Assembly: GCA_964016885.1 (NCBI GenBank)
Contig: OZ024741.1
Coordinates: 393,328,001 to 393,392,000 of the forward strand
Length of the DNA: 64,000 nucleotides
DNA from: Eledone cirrhosa
Lineage: Eukaryota
Direction of reading: 5' to 3'
The notes below the pieces were generated by a model. That model saw nothing but the letters and a program-made list of their open reading frames with translations. It was not told the origin of the DNA and did no database searches. The translations under genes and the position numbers were made by a program. Positions 17,011 through 30,180 of the stretch are shown one piece after another. Positions within the stretch are counted from its first letter, which is position 1, and every line of letters begins with the position of its first letter.

Positions 17011-17333
17011 CATCATCACTATTATTATATCATTGTGTGTGTGTTTGTATGCAAGTGTGAAATGCAGACAAACACTATTAACAAAAACACCATTTAATTG
17101 GTCGTTACAGAGATAAGATACAGAATAGTATTTAACATTCCAAGTTGAGACACGACTATATTAGCTTAAAAATACCGACATGAGATCATTGATAATGCTT
17201 CAAGTATGAGAAAGTATTTAAGAAAGCATGCAACTTAAAATGTAGAGTAATATTTATTTTATTCAGTCTAGCATATACAAATTTTCTTTGAATTCATTTT
17301 TTATTAAAAATCACTTAAAATATATACTAAAAA

Positions 17334-17451
17334 TAATTGTTTCTACTTTTTGGCACAAGGCCAGCAATTATCCCAGTGTATTACTGGTACTTTATTTTAT
17401 CGTCCCCCCGTAACGATGAAAGGCAAAGTTAACCTCGGCGGGATTTGAACT
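17334..17451 (-). mobile_element. Truncated Meta-domain SINE
   Basis: Homologous to 28974-29157. Confidence 0.75.
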
Positions 17452-17571
17452 AAAAATAATAGTGATACTAAAAATAATAGTGATAAACTTATAACATGAG
17501 GAAAATAATGAGACACGGTATAATATTAAAATATATAAAAACTACTAGACAGCACTATGAAATATTTTATG

Positions 17572-17801
17572 TTAACCCTTTTGTTACCAACCCAGCTAAA
17601 ACCAGCTCCGGTTCTAACAAACAACCCATTTTAAAGGGTTCCTGTTTAAATGAAAATCTCCCAGCATAATTCTATATAAGAACTATATGTTATGTTACTA
17701 TCCTAATAATGAAATGATTAATCAACTTTGTAAATTCCTCGAAATTCTTCATTAATTAATTGAAATACAGTGTGCATTAAAAATAGTCATGAAGGGGTTA
17801 A
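17572..17801. mobile_element. piggyBac-type MITE
   Basis: TTAA-CCCTT ... AAGGGG-TTAA termini. Confidence 0.6.
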
Positions 17802-17959
17802 ATACCCTTGATCTTGAAATAAAGTTGGGAAAAAGCTAAGAAGAAACAAGTACCAAATATTCATGTAACTCATGGAAAATAAGACAGACAAAACATGAAT
17901 GACATCAACAACTTTTTTTCTTTTTATGTTTTGCAGTATTTAATCACAACTTTCTTCAT

Positions 17960-19190
17960 TTGAGATGTGCTGATGGGAGCAACTATAGGAGTATAAACCT
18001 GATGAACTAAGTAATGAAAGTGACAGAGAGAGTTTTAGTACAACTAATTAAAGAAAGAGTCAAATTAGATGATGCAGTTTGATTTTGTGCTAGGGAAGAG
18101 TACCACATGTTTTCTTCTTAGTGAGACAACTACAAAAGAGAAGTTCCTAGCTAAGTGTAAGCAACTTTATCTAATTGTTGCTTATCTGGTGAAAGCTTTT
18201 GAAAGAGTACCAAGATCTGTTATTTAGTGGTCTTTAAGTAAACTAGGTGGAGAAGAATGGCTTGTGAGAGCAATGCAAGCCATGTACAAAAGAGCTGTCA
18301 GTAAAGTGAGAGTAGATAACTGGTTTAGTGAGGAATTCATCAGGTCTTAGTCATCAGTCCACTTCTGCTTATTATAATTCTCCCAGCCACAATAGAGGAG
18401 TTTAAGACAGGTTGTCTATGGGAACTTCTGTATACTGATGATATAATTCTTATAGTTGAATTTTCAGATCTATAGAAGTTCCTACTGTAGAAACAGAACT
18501 TAGAATCAAGAAGGCTCAGAGTAAATTTAGCAAAGACCAAAGTTTTAGTAGCTAAGGAAAGAAAACAGGATACTGATCCCATCAGCGAAGAGGCCTTGTT
18601 TGATATGTAGAAAAAGAGTAGAGACTCCAATGCCAGGAAGGCTCCATAGATATGATTGATAGCATCTGCTAGCTAGGTGATCTAATAGACAGTGGATGAG
18701 GTGCATAGTAGCTAGAATAAAATAGAAAAAGTCCTGGGAGTTACTACCTTGTTAACAACAAATGGTTTCGGTCTCTTAACAAAAGGCTAGCTATATGATG
18801 CCTGCATGCAATGTGCAATATTGCATGATAGTGAGACATTGAAAGTGATGCAGAGGATATGAGAAGGTTGGGGAGAAATGAAGTGAGTATGCTTCGATGG
18901 GTGTGCAATGTTAATGAGCTGAGAGAAAAATTGGGTATTAGAGAAATCAGATGTAGTGTGTAGAAGAGAAGATTCCACCAGTATGGACATGTGATGGATA
19001 GGAATTAAAGTGTAAGGAAGCAACAGTAGAGGAAACTGAAAGAAGACTTGGACAGAGGAGGTGAGAGCTGATCTCGAACTGATGAAGCTCACAAAGGAAC
19101 ACAATAAGTGGAGTGATATTGTGGTAGAAAAGACCCATTTAAACCATACAAGCATGAAAAAGCAAATGTAAAATTATTATTATTATTATT
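17960..19190 (+). mobile_element. Old degenerate RTE LINE fragment
   Basis: Remnants of SNYR, LIKERVKLD, KAFERVPRS, WELLYTDD and LYDACM. Confidence 0.85.
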
Positions 19191-19194
19191 GGTG

Positions 19195-19558
19195 ACTGAA
19201 GGGCAGTGGATTGGGCACCCTGCATCATGGCACAGAGTTACATCCCTTTACATTCTGAGTTCAAATCCTGCTGAGGTTAGCTTTGCCTTTCATCCTTACG
19301 GGATCAATAAAATAAAGAACCAGTAACATACTGGGGTTGATTTAATCGACTTTCCCCAAAATTGTTGGCTTGTGCCTATGTAGAAATCATTTTGGACGCC
19401 ATGCTTTGACGCAAAGAGTTATGGCCCTTTCCATTCTGAGTTCAAATCCCGCTGAGGTTAACTTTGCCTTTCATCTTTACGGGGTTGATAAAATAAAGTA
19501 CCAGTAATGCACTGGGTAATTGCTGGCCTTGTGCCAAAAGTAGAAACAATTATTATTG
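19195..19558 (+). mobile_element. Two adjacent Meta-domain SINEs
   Basis: GAGTTCAAATCC B boxes and TTTGCCTTTCATC...GATAAAATAAAGTACCAG domains, twice. Confidence 0.8.
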
Positions 19559-20108
19559 GCAACTGAGTTGTAAAGTTGTTAGCTCCAAAAGGTTTGTTGT
19601 TTTAAGTTGTTTGTTGTGATTTGTTGAAATATTTTGTTACAAACTATAACATCGTCCACAGAATAGGCGACACCATAATATTTGGGCTGAAGGCCTAAAT
19701 ATTTGAACTTTATTTTCTTAATTTTCACGCCTACATATGTTTAAAAAAAATGGATGTGATATGCCTTTCCAGCCTGTGACAGCTACTTGCAATCAAGTCT
19801 AAAGGTTGATAATAAGGTGACCACCTCCAACACCAATACAAACACCACCACTACCACCGCTATTAACAGCAACAGTAAAGCTAAGAAAATCGGTAATGAC
19901 AAAATTTGTACAATAAAAATGAATATCCCGCATTCCCGAAATCCAACACCACCACCACCTCCATCATGTCCAGAGCATCAAAACAGAAAACAACCATAAT
20001 CATAAACAGCACCACAACAAAAAGCACTGACACAAATCAGAATAGGAACAACAATGACAGAAACAACAGTAACAACAAAATAAACACAGACCTGCAGACC
20101 TGTCAACC

Positions 20109-23100
20109 ATGTATATTGACCTAGTGACAAAGCAAAGTGTGACTCCTTCCAACACGACACAGAAGGGTCCCTCAAAATCAGCTGTTTCCTTCACAGGGGC
20201 AACAAAAATTACAGAAACAATAACTGTCAATGAAAATGAAATAAGGGAGGCTAAGCAGATGCTAAAGAGGAGGGGTCACAGACCCAGTCTCACACCTCCA
20301 CCCATCAAGCTCAAAAACGTGCGACATTATACAGTAACATACCGTACATTTCGAGTAAACTCACACGGTGTTGAGTGTGCCACCCAGTCCCAGATAAAAA
20401 AAATTTGGGTTGCGCTGGGAACGCAAAGCTTATATCACCTGGGGCAGAGGATTTGGGATGGTGGACATATTTTTCAAAACCCCAGAAGAAGCCAGATAAC
20501 ACTCCTGGGAAGCGAAGAACTGACTCTGCTGCTGTTTTGTGGCCAAAGATTTGTATAAAGATTAGAGTGACCCAAGTGCTGCCCACAATAGCTATTCCCT
20601 GGCTAGTCACAGCAGTCCTCATGGATGTTGAGGGCATCAGTCCTCATGGATGTTGAGGGCAGCAGTCCTCATGGATGTTGAGAGAGGCAGTCCTCGTGGA
20701 TGTTGAGGGCAGCCGTCCTCATGGATGTTGAGGGCAGCAGTCCTCATGGATGTTGAGGGCAGCAGTCCTCATGGATGTTGAGGGCAGCAGTCCTCATGGA
20801 TGTTGAGAGAGGCAGTCCTCGTGGATGTTGAGGGCAGCAGTCCTCATGGATGTTGAGGGCAGCAGTCCTCATGGATGTTGAGGGCAGCAGTCCTCATGGA
20901 TGTTGAGGGCAGCACACAAATTCTAGGCGTAAAGAAAATCAAAATGGAAAAGTGGTCAGGATTGGGGATGAAACTATTCATTCAAACAAATCAGGGAAAT
21001 ATTGAGGCCACCCCTAACATAATAGACTGTGTTCTACACCCACATACCTGTGATCATAGAGGGCAGAAGGCCAAAGAACCACATGTGGCACAAAAACCCA
21101 CCCTCAACAAATCAAAAAAGACTCCTGCCTACACCAAACCCCAGGGTAAATAACCCTCTTTTCCTACTCTTTATCCAACATGGCCTTACTCAGAATAGGC
21201 AGTCCAAATGCATGCGGCCTGGGGTTATCTTGGAAGCAGTACCACCTGCTCAACAACCTCAGGTCATTGAACATAGATGTGGTGATCATCAGCAATACAA
21301 GAATTTCTGAGGCACAAACCTTTGTACCCATTATTATCGGCTATAAGGTTTATGCATCTCCAAGCCGTCTGGGATTTGAAAGCTGGGTCACTGTTGTTTC
21401 AGAAAGGCTAGGATCTCACGATTCAGACCATCTTCCTAGGCCCAGATTAGTTGTTGGTGCTGGACATGACCAGCAGAAAAGAGTATGCTTTCAGACTAGC
21501 AGCTGTCTATGCCCTGAGAGAGGCAGGACGGTCTGATTTCTTCAAGCACCTCAAGACCTTTCTAGGAAAGTGTTAGTGGGTGACTGCAACATTATCTTAG
21601 ACTCATGTTGTAACTGTGTGGGGCTAGCAGATAAGGGAGGAAGGTGTAAAAGCCTTGCAAACCTGCTCTCACATTTCCAATATTCTGACAGGTACTGACT
21701 GGATTTCCAGAATGTACCAATGTGAACATGGACAAACAGCATCAGGTCATTCTGATCGTATCTAGAGAGGGTATTTTGTAGGGAAGTAGATAAGGCTAGC
21801 ATAAGCTATCCACAATTCAAAGTAATCGACTAGCCAGACCACAAATCTGTGATCTGTACAGTTGATTTAGATTGACTTCATAGACAGGGACTTGGTTGCT
21901 GGAAGCTGAACGCGTCCCTTTGAGTGCACAAAGCCTGCAATAACTGGATTAATGAATTAGTTAAGCAGGCATTGACAGGAGCAATCATCAATAATACATG
22001 GTGATTTTTCCTGAAAAGGGCAATAAGAGTAAAATCAATAAAGTTTAGTAAAGGAGTAATGATAGAGAAAACTAGACTAGAGGGTGAGCTAGTTAAAAAG
22101 CTAGAGGATGTTTTTATGAAAGGTAATGCAACTGATGTGCTTGTGGTAAGATTGGCTCTTGACCAATTCGTCAACACAAAGCATGAAGCTTGTGTTGTTA
22201 GATTGTGTGCTCTTAGACACAAGTCGGTGAAAGCCATTTGATGGGCTGAATGGCGGAGGTAGAGCAACAAAGCCACAATCCAGTCTTTAGTGAACCATGA
22301 CAAGTGCATGTTACTCGATCTCAAGTATATGTGTGCGGATTTCCAGGAGCACTTTGCTTAACTGTTCAAGATTGGTGGTGGGCAGGATCATGAGATGGAC
22401 TTTAGTGTCTGCTGTTTTGATCTCGATCACAGAGGCAGAGTGTTGCAAATAGTCAATAACAACCACTGATACAGGAAGCAATGACTGGATGCACGAGGGG
22501 AAAATCGCCTGGTTAGGATGGTCTACCCTACCAGCTTTATGTTTACATGCTAGACTTGTTCGGTGACCTTTTGGCAGACTACTGTAACTGGCAGCAGAAT
22601 GGAAGAATTCCCAGTTCTGTGAGCCATGGAATGGTGGCACTGTTGAAAAAGGAACTGAACACGGGGGATAATATTGATAATTCTAGGCTCATAACTCTAC
22701 TAAATGCAGAGTTTAAAATGTTGGCCAAGGTGTTAGCGACATGACTGGCGCTTGTCATTGGTGATCTGGTAGGGGAGGTGCAAACATGTGCCATCCACAA
22801 CCTTCACTTCATGCAATACATCACAGAGAGGGCGGCTAAGGAACCTGGCACAGGTGGGGCAATGATCAACTTAGATCAATCGAAAGCTTTTGATAGGGTC
22901 AACCATTGCTATCTGACAACAGTCTTCAAGACAGCCAGTTTTGGACTCGCTTTCAGAGACTGGATCTGTGACCAGAGTGAACAGTTACCTTTTCGAAGCA
23001 TTCAACATCATATGCTTGGTCCACCAGGGTTGTCCCTCTCATCCCTTTTGTATGTATTGACTCTTGAGCTATTACTACACAAATTGGAGGTGTTGAGGGG

Positions 23101-23510
23101 CATCCCACACAAACTAGGATGTGGGAGATCTGTGTCAGCAAACGTTGACAACATCACTGTAGTGATGTCAAACACCAAACCTATTAAGATGATCGGCACC
23201 ACTCTCAGGGAGTATAAAATGAAACAGGAGCAAAAATTAACCAGGAGAGATTGGTGGGCATGCAGCTTGGCAGGTCCATGCTGTCCAACAGCGTCATCAG
23301 GCAATGGATGGACAGACTGGTTAAATTGCTAGGGGTCTGGTTTGGTCTGGACCTTCAGATGAACAAAAAATGGGATGAAGTAATGCGCTGGAGGGCCTCT
23401 CTCACCCAGAAATGAGCTGAAAAGTTATCCTTGAAAAGTCATGCAAAGGTAGCAAACACATACATCGTATCTGTCATCTACCGTGTCCAGTCGTTTGAGC
23501 GAAGTCAAGC
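20109..23510 (+). mobile_element. Degenerate Tx1/L1-clade LINE (ORF1 remnant + APE-RT ORF2)
   Basis: MALLRIGSPNACGL (APE start), LVGDCN, WKLNASL, KSPG*DGLP, RLITLLNAEFKMLAKVLA, INLDQSKAFDRVNH. Confidence 0.85.
20610..20914. repeat. 25-bp minisatellite, about 12 copies, inside the Tx1-like ORF1
   Basis: Unit CAGCAGTCCTCATGGATGTTGAGGG. Confidence 0.95.
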
Positions 23511-23514
23511 TGAG

Positions 23515-25678
23515 TGAAGCCAAAGATATGAGGTGTTCAGGATTACAAGGCAATGTGTCAAGTAGAATTGTGATATTGTTGGGGAGACGTGTGTCCGTAA
23601 TGACGATGGTATACTTGCCTTCACTAATATTGATAAGAAGCTAGCTTGGAAGTGTCACTATGAGAGACTACTAAATGAGGAGAATGAATGGAATAAAGAT
23701 AGTCTGCCCCACATTGATCCAAAAGAAGAACAAGCTGTGCAAGTTAATGGTAAGTAAGGCAATCAGAGATATAAAGACAGGCAAGGCAGCTGGGCCTTCG
23801 AAAATAGTTGCTGAAATGTTGAAGTTATCTGGAATGGTGGGACATACTATGGTCAACCGGATAATAAACCAAGTAATACAGAATGGAGACATACCAAATG
23901 ACTGGCGTAGCAGCAGCATTGTCAACTGTTACAAGGGCAAAGGAGATGTCCTAGATAGAGGAAGCTATAGGGGCATTAAATTAGTTGACCAGGTCATGAA
24001 GGTCACAGATAGAGTTATAGCACAACTAATCAGAAAGCGAATTGATCTAGATGAAATGCAGTTTGGGTTTGTGTTAGGTAAAAGTACCACAGCCGCTCTT
24101 TTCCTTGTACGGCAACTACAGGAGAAGTACCAAGCTAAAAGTAAACCCCTCTACTTAGCTTTTGTTGATTTGGAGAAAGCTTTTGACAGAGTCCCACGCT
24201 CCTTAATCTGGTGGGCTCTTAGAAAACTAGGGGTAGATGAGTGGTTTGTGAGAGCTATACAAGCCATGTATAGAGGAACAGTCACCAAGGTTAGAATTAA
24301 CAATGAATATAGTGAAAAATTTAGCGTAATAGTAGGTGTTCAACAAGGCTCCATCCTTAGCTCCCTCCTGTTTATTATTGTCCTACAAGCTATAACAGAA
24401 GGGTTTAAGACTGGCTGCCAATGGGAACTTCTACATGCAGATGATCTAACTCTCATAGCTAAATCTATGGCTGAACTAGAGAAGTTCCAAACATGGAAGC
24501 ATGGCATAGAATCAAAAGGCCTTAAAGTTAACTTGTCTAACACTAAAGTTCTAGTATGTAGAATGGAGAATAGGGCACAGGTGCCTTCTGGGAAATGGCC
24601 ATGTTCAGTGTGTAAGAAGGGAGTAGGTAGAAATTCCATTCTATGTCCCAAATGTAAACTATGGGTACACAAAAGATGTAGTGGGATCACAGGTAAGCTA
24701 TCTAAGAATGTAGATTTTATATGTGGCTGATGTTCAGGTGCAGTAAGAAGCAAGGGCCCACTGGATGCTATCTCCTTCAACTGCCCAAATGGGTCTATAA
24801 AAATAGTAGACATTTTCCGTTACCTGGGTGAAATAATCAGCAGTGGAGGACGGTGCTCTGAAAGTACAGTAGTCAGAGATAGGATGGGATGGAAAAAGTT
24901 CAGAGAGCTAATACCACTGTTGGCTACAAGGGGTTTTTCTCTAAAAGTGAAAGGCAGATTGTATGATGCTTGTATACGAACAGCAATATTACATGGTAGT
25001 GAGACTTGGGCGTTGTGTGCTGAAGATTTGCGTAGATTAGAAAGAAATGAAGCATGCATACTCCGGTGGATATGTAATAGTAATGTATGCAAACGGTAAA
25101 GCATAAACAAATTGAGAGAGAGGTACCGAATGTTGTGTTCTGGAGAGGAGATTGCGTTGGTATGGATATGTGATGTGTATGAAGGACAACAGCTGTATAA
25201 AAAAGTGCAGAGCGATCAAAATTGATGGAAGCTATGGAGTGGGTAGACCAAGAAAGACCTGGGATGAGGTGATAAAAACTGACCTTGCTCACTCACACCA
25301 CTCTTAAGACAATGTCACTGGATCAAGATCTTTGGCACTATGCAGTTGTACAGAAGACCCGTCTTCCCTTACATACAAACTTAAACCTAGTCAGTAGGCA
25401 ACTCTTAACCCAATATACACCCCACCCCACACACCCTACTCCATCCTCCCACTTCCGTCCACTATAAAGTGGTCGTGTAGGAGACACGGTAAAAAGGCTC
25501 CCAGTCTGCACTGTAAAAGTAGTTGGTGTTAGGAAGGGCATCCAGCTGTAGAAAACCTGCCAGGAACAGTTCTGTACGAGCAAGACACGGTCTCCTGACC
25601 AATCTCACCTCAAGTGAAACAAAACCGTCCAAACCATGCTAGCGTGGAAGATGGACATTACACGATGATGGTGATGAT
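23515..25678 (+). mobile_element. 5'-truncated RTE LINE family A (RT + PHD) with stops
   Basis: ORF 23675-24730 ([21 protein letters not shown]), ORF 24884-25099, 3' UTR ending GATGATG. Confidence 0.93.
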
Positions 25679-25887
25679 ATATATATACACACACAATATA
25701 TATACAGATACAACAACAACTTTTCACTCCTCCCGTTTTCCCATCCTTCTACATATATATTGTGATGGACTGACAGAACGAGAAACAGATTCTCTTTTTA
25801 ACAAAGTTAGAGTGAAACAAATGGAATATTTTTTTTATATATGAGTAATATTATAGATAACAATATCATGTACAAATTAAGCTGTGG

Positions 25888-25990
25888 TACTTGTGTCAGC
25901 TGAAAAGTTCATAGGCTGACTATCAAGTAGTGATGTTAGAGCTGTGAAATTTTGCATGCATTAATTTCAACTCTTCATATTAATAACTGC
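25888..25990 (+). mobile_element. Possible mariner-type terminal fragment
   Basis: TACTTGTGTCAGCTGAAAAGTTCATAGGCTGAC resembles a mariner TIR. Confidence 0.4.
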
Positions 25991-26117
25991 ATTGCTTCTT
26001 TCCAGGGACTAAGTTGAAAAATAAACCTCATATGGTTTCCATGGGAGTATCTTGGTCAGACTATGAACTTGTCAGCTCTAGCATTACTCAAAATAACTTT
26101 GCTCAAAAGGAATGGAA

Positions 26118-26370
26118 CCATCATCTACTACTGCCTGACCCTCGTGCATTGTCCTGATCCACATCTAACTGCATTGGAGCAGCTACTCTTTCACTTTTTG
26201 TGGAAAGGACAGGTTCCACTGGTCAGGTGGTCTATTTGCTGTCAACACCCACTCCATGGAAACTGCTTACCATAGCTGATGATGTGCAAAACATGTGCTG
26301 AGATTACAACATCCACAGCTCTTCCTTGGAGGTGAACAGGTGTGGTCGCCGTTCGCTAGACACGTTTTTG
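26118..26370 (+). mobile_element. Tx1/L1-like ORF2 C-terminal fragment
   Basis: IIYYCLTLVHCP...LLFHFLWKG...ICCQHPLHG, typical post-RT L1/Tx1 segment. Confidence 0.7.
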
Positions 26371-26371
26371 T

Positions 26372-27760
26372 GAGGTGGAGAGAATACTTTGCTGATTTCC
26401 TAAACCTGATCACAACAGCATCTTCTGATGTACAGGAGATGCATCTGGTAGTGCTGTCTAATCTCTCAGAAGCTGAGGTCACAAAAGCAATTAAAGAGCT
26501 CAAATGTGGCAAGGCTGCTGGGGAGGATGAAATTTGACCCAAGATGTTAAAAGCCTTAAGTAGAGAAAGTATTCTCTGGTTGACTCATATGTGCCGGGTG
26601 GCCTGGATCTCTGGAAGAACACCTAAGCAATGGCAATCGGGAGTGATAATGCCAATTTCCAAAAAGGGAGACAAGAGAGGTTGCTCCAAGTACAGAGGAA
26701 TCTTCTTGTTAAGCCTCCCTGGTAAAGTCTATGCTAAGTGTCTGGCAAAGAGATGCAGGGAGATTGTCATATCCAAGCTAGTTGATAAACAGTGTGGTTT
26801 TCGCCCCGGACGCAGCACAGCCAACCAAATATTCACACAACAGCAGGAAATTGTTTTGGGAAATCTTCGGGAAATTGTTTTGTCAACATTGAGAAGGCAT
26901 ATGACCGCGTTTCTCCGGACCTATTGTGAAAATTTCTGCAGGAGTATGGGATCGATGGTCAGCTTCTTGTTGCCATGATTCCTCTATACGAATGCCCGAG
27001 TATTTGTGTTCGGGTAAATAGTGCTAAATCAAAACTATTCAATGTGGGAGTTGGACTCTGCCAAGGATGCATACTGTCACCTCGCCTGTTCATAGTTTTC
27101 ATGAACAGGATTGACATACACAACCAGGTTGCAAGTAGTATCATGACTGGTAAATGTAAAATCAGTCAGCTACAATTTGCAGACGACATGGTATTACTTA
27201 ACTTGACAGAAGATGATCTCCAATTTGTACTTGATAGGTTTGATGCCAAGTGCTGCATGGCTGGATTGAATATCAGTGCTGCAAAAACTGAGACACTCAT
27301 CCCCTCAAGGAAGTCTGCGTCATGCACTTTACATGTGAATGGTGTTCCACTGAAGCAGGAGCAGAAGTTCAAGTATCTCAGGGCCGTGTTCATGAGAGAT
27401 GGAAAGTAAGAGGCTGAATTAAGTGCAAGAATTGCAGGAGTTGGTGCAGTAATGCACCAGCTTCAGTATTCGGTAATAAGAAGGAAAGTAGGTGTAAAAG
27501 CCAAACTCGCTGTCTTTAATTTGGTTTCCATGCCAATGCTTACTTATGATCATGAATCTTGGGAAATGACTGAAAGAATACAATCATGAATATAAGAGGC
27601 CGAAATGGGGTTCCTTCGAAGAGTCTTTAGAGTCACTCCAGGTAGAATGTCTTAGGAAGGAATCACTGGACAGATTTTACAGGCAAAACCAACTGGCAGG
27701 AGACCCAGGGGTAGACCCCAAGGAAGATGGTTGAATAACATCCATGTGCTCATCTGGTCT
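26372..27760 (+). mobile_element. Degenerate RTE LINE family B (no PHD)
   Basis: GKAAGEDEI, YRGIFLLSLPGKVYAK, QCGFRPGRST, LQFADD, KTETL...LKQEQKFKYL. Confidence 0.9.
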
Positions 27761-28973
27761 CGCTTGCTGGCCATTACTAGACCACTCTGTGCCAAAAAAT
27801 ATTAGTGCAAAACAATATTTTTTCCACTTGTCACAGACAGTAATCTTATTAATACCTACAAACTTTCTTTTATCATCATCACCTTTCAACGTCCGAGTTG
27901 TCCTGTTGCAAGCAATGCCAGGTCAGGTGACCTTGTCTAGCTCATTGGTTTTATAAAATTGAAACACTGGAATCCAATATGCAAATGATTCCCTATCTAT
28001 GATCCTCACTAACCACATTTATTAAAACATTGTGAATAGACAAATAACCATACAAGGATTCACTATGAACTGAGAGAAGCCGCAAAGCAGTTCATTGACC
28101 TGTTACAAATAGGAACTAACCAAAAATACCTTAAACACCATCTTAAATAAAAATGACGGACACACATAATGTGGTCCTGGATATACAAAAAAATGAAATA
28201 GTCATGACCTGACTATCTTGGAACATAAATCTGCTCCCTCAGGGCTGACCTTGAATTAAGCAACAACTAAGTGATTCAGTATCAAAAATCAAATCAGAAA
28301 ATGTGTTTTTATAAGATTAGCTACTTATATAAAACACTGCTCACATGCAATACGGTTAGGCGGAGAATTGCAATATTTCAGCATATATTATCTATTGATG
28401 AGATGCTGTTCAGTTAGCTAGGTGCCAGAAGAAGCACTACTGATGTTCTTTTCCTAGTGAGGTATCTACAGAGGTACTTAGCTACTACAAGTAACCTTCT
28501 ATACTAAGCATTCATCAACTTTAACTGAGTTCCATGCTCTGTACAAGCCATGTATAGAAACACAGTAAGTTAAGAGTCAGCAATGAGAAATAGCTGCATT
28601 TAGCCTGCATGCAGGAGTCCATCAGGGTTTAGTTCTCGGCCCTCTCTTATTTATTTTAGTCCTCCTGGACATTTAAGACCAGTTGTCCAAGGAGAAGACC
28701 TGAATGCTGATGATCTCACTCTTATAGCAGAATCCTTAGAAGAATTAGAGGCGAAACTCCAGACTTGGAAGCAAAACCTGGAATCAGAAGAATTCAAAGT
28801 AAACCTAGCGAAGACTAAAGATTTTTTTTTAAGTAGGAAAGATGACAGGAAAAGTTCATGCAATCGTTGCACAAAAGGTATAGTGAAATCATAGGTAGGC
28901 TGACAGAGAAGGTAGACTTTGTGTGTGACAGATGCACAAGAGTAGTCAGCAGAAACAGAATAAATGAAATAAC

Positions 28974-29157
28974 TGTTTCTACTTTAGGCACAAGGCCAGC
29001 AATTACCCAGTGCATTACTGGTACTTTATTTTATCGACCCCGTAAGGATGAAAGGCAAAGTCAACCTCGGCGGGATTTGAACTCAGATCGTAAAGGGACG
29101 TAACTATGCTGGAAAGCATGGCGTCCGACCCTCTACCGATACTGCCAATCCACCGCC
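28974..29157 (-). mobile_element. Meta-domain tRNA SINE with 18-bp target-site duplication
   Basis: CAGAATAAATGAAATAAC at 28956-28973 and 29158-29175; head GGCGGTGGATTGGCAG, B box GAGTTCAAATCC. Confidence 0.9.
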
Positions 29158-29360
29158 CAGAATAAATGAAATAACACCCCGCACATATACACATACAGAT
29201 AGAGGCACATACACAAAATGCTAAGAAGGTTCATGAGTAGTTGATAGATTTTGCCACTTACATGATATTATTAGTAGGAAAAATTGATGTACCAAAAGCA
29301 TAGTGGCCAGAGTGAGAACCAAATGGAAAAAGTTCAGGGAACTGCTACCTCTGCCAATAA

Positions 29361-29573
29361 TTAACCCTTTAGCATCTACATTACTCTATATATATTTTCA
29401 TGGTAAAAGCTTTACCTCACATAATTATCTCACATAATATCGAATATATGAGATTTTGATGTTATCTATTTTGAGAACAATACCTTAATATCAATATGAG
29501 TAGCCAGTTACAGCCAGTTTGAACAGAAAGAAGTGAGAGAATTCTGGCCAGATATGGCCAGTTTAAGGGTTAA
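29361..29573. mobile_element. piggyBac-type MITE
   Basis: TTAA-CCCTTTA ... TTTAAGGG-TTAA; interrupts RTE coding between LLPL and KGRLYD. Confidence 0.7.
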
Positions 29574-30180
29574 GGGCAGATTGTATGATATATGTCTGAA
29601 CTGCTATGCTGCATGGCAGTGAGACATGGGCCTTGAATGAAGTGGATTTGTGACAGCTGGAAAGTTGGAAAGAAATTAAGTATGCATACCCTGCTGGATG
29701 TATAATGTTTGTGCATATGAACAAAATAGCATAACCTAGAGAAAAACTAACTCCAAGAGGGATTAAATATAGCATGCAAGAGAGTTGATTGGTACAGGCA
29801 TGTGATGTATATGAAAGATGACAAATGTATAAAGAAGTGCTAAGCACGAGAAGTAGATAGAACATATGGAGAGGGAGACCACTGAAGACAGGACAAAGTA
29901 GTGAAGACTAGTCACAAGAAACTAAATCTCATGAAGGAGAGGACTGCAATGACTGGGGACTCGATGTGTTGGGAAAAACCTGCCTATCAGTACAAGGATA
30001 GCAACACTGTCACTAAAATTACGAGTAGTGTGGGCGATTGAGATTTATTAATCTCTCCTTTCTCATCATAGTGTTGTCTAACATGTCCATTGCCAGCAGT
30101 GATGAAAAGGCTGCTATCGCAAGATCGTCTACAGAAAGGCCTCATAAAAGCAACCATTCTATCCATCTACGGTTGTGGTG

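Larger units (their letters stand above)
28420..29990 (+). mobile_element. Very old PHD-type RTE fragment with nested SINE and MITE
   Basis: GVHQG, NADDLTL, VNLAKTK, LHKRYS.I.GRL...DFVCDRC, WKKFRELLPL, KGRLYD. Confidence 0.8.

Noticed and set aside
17998-18030. CTGATGA...GAAA hammerhead-like string
   Set aside because: Lies in RTE coding remnant (NLMN.VMKVTER); no stems I or III
24340-24813. Recurrent antisense ORFs over RTE copies (also 31159, 47208, 55718)
   Set aside because: Shadows of the sense ORF repeated because the copies are homologous; no independent coding evidence
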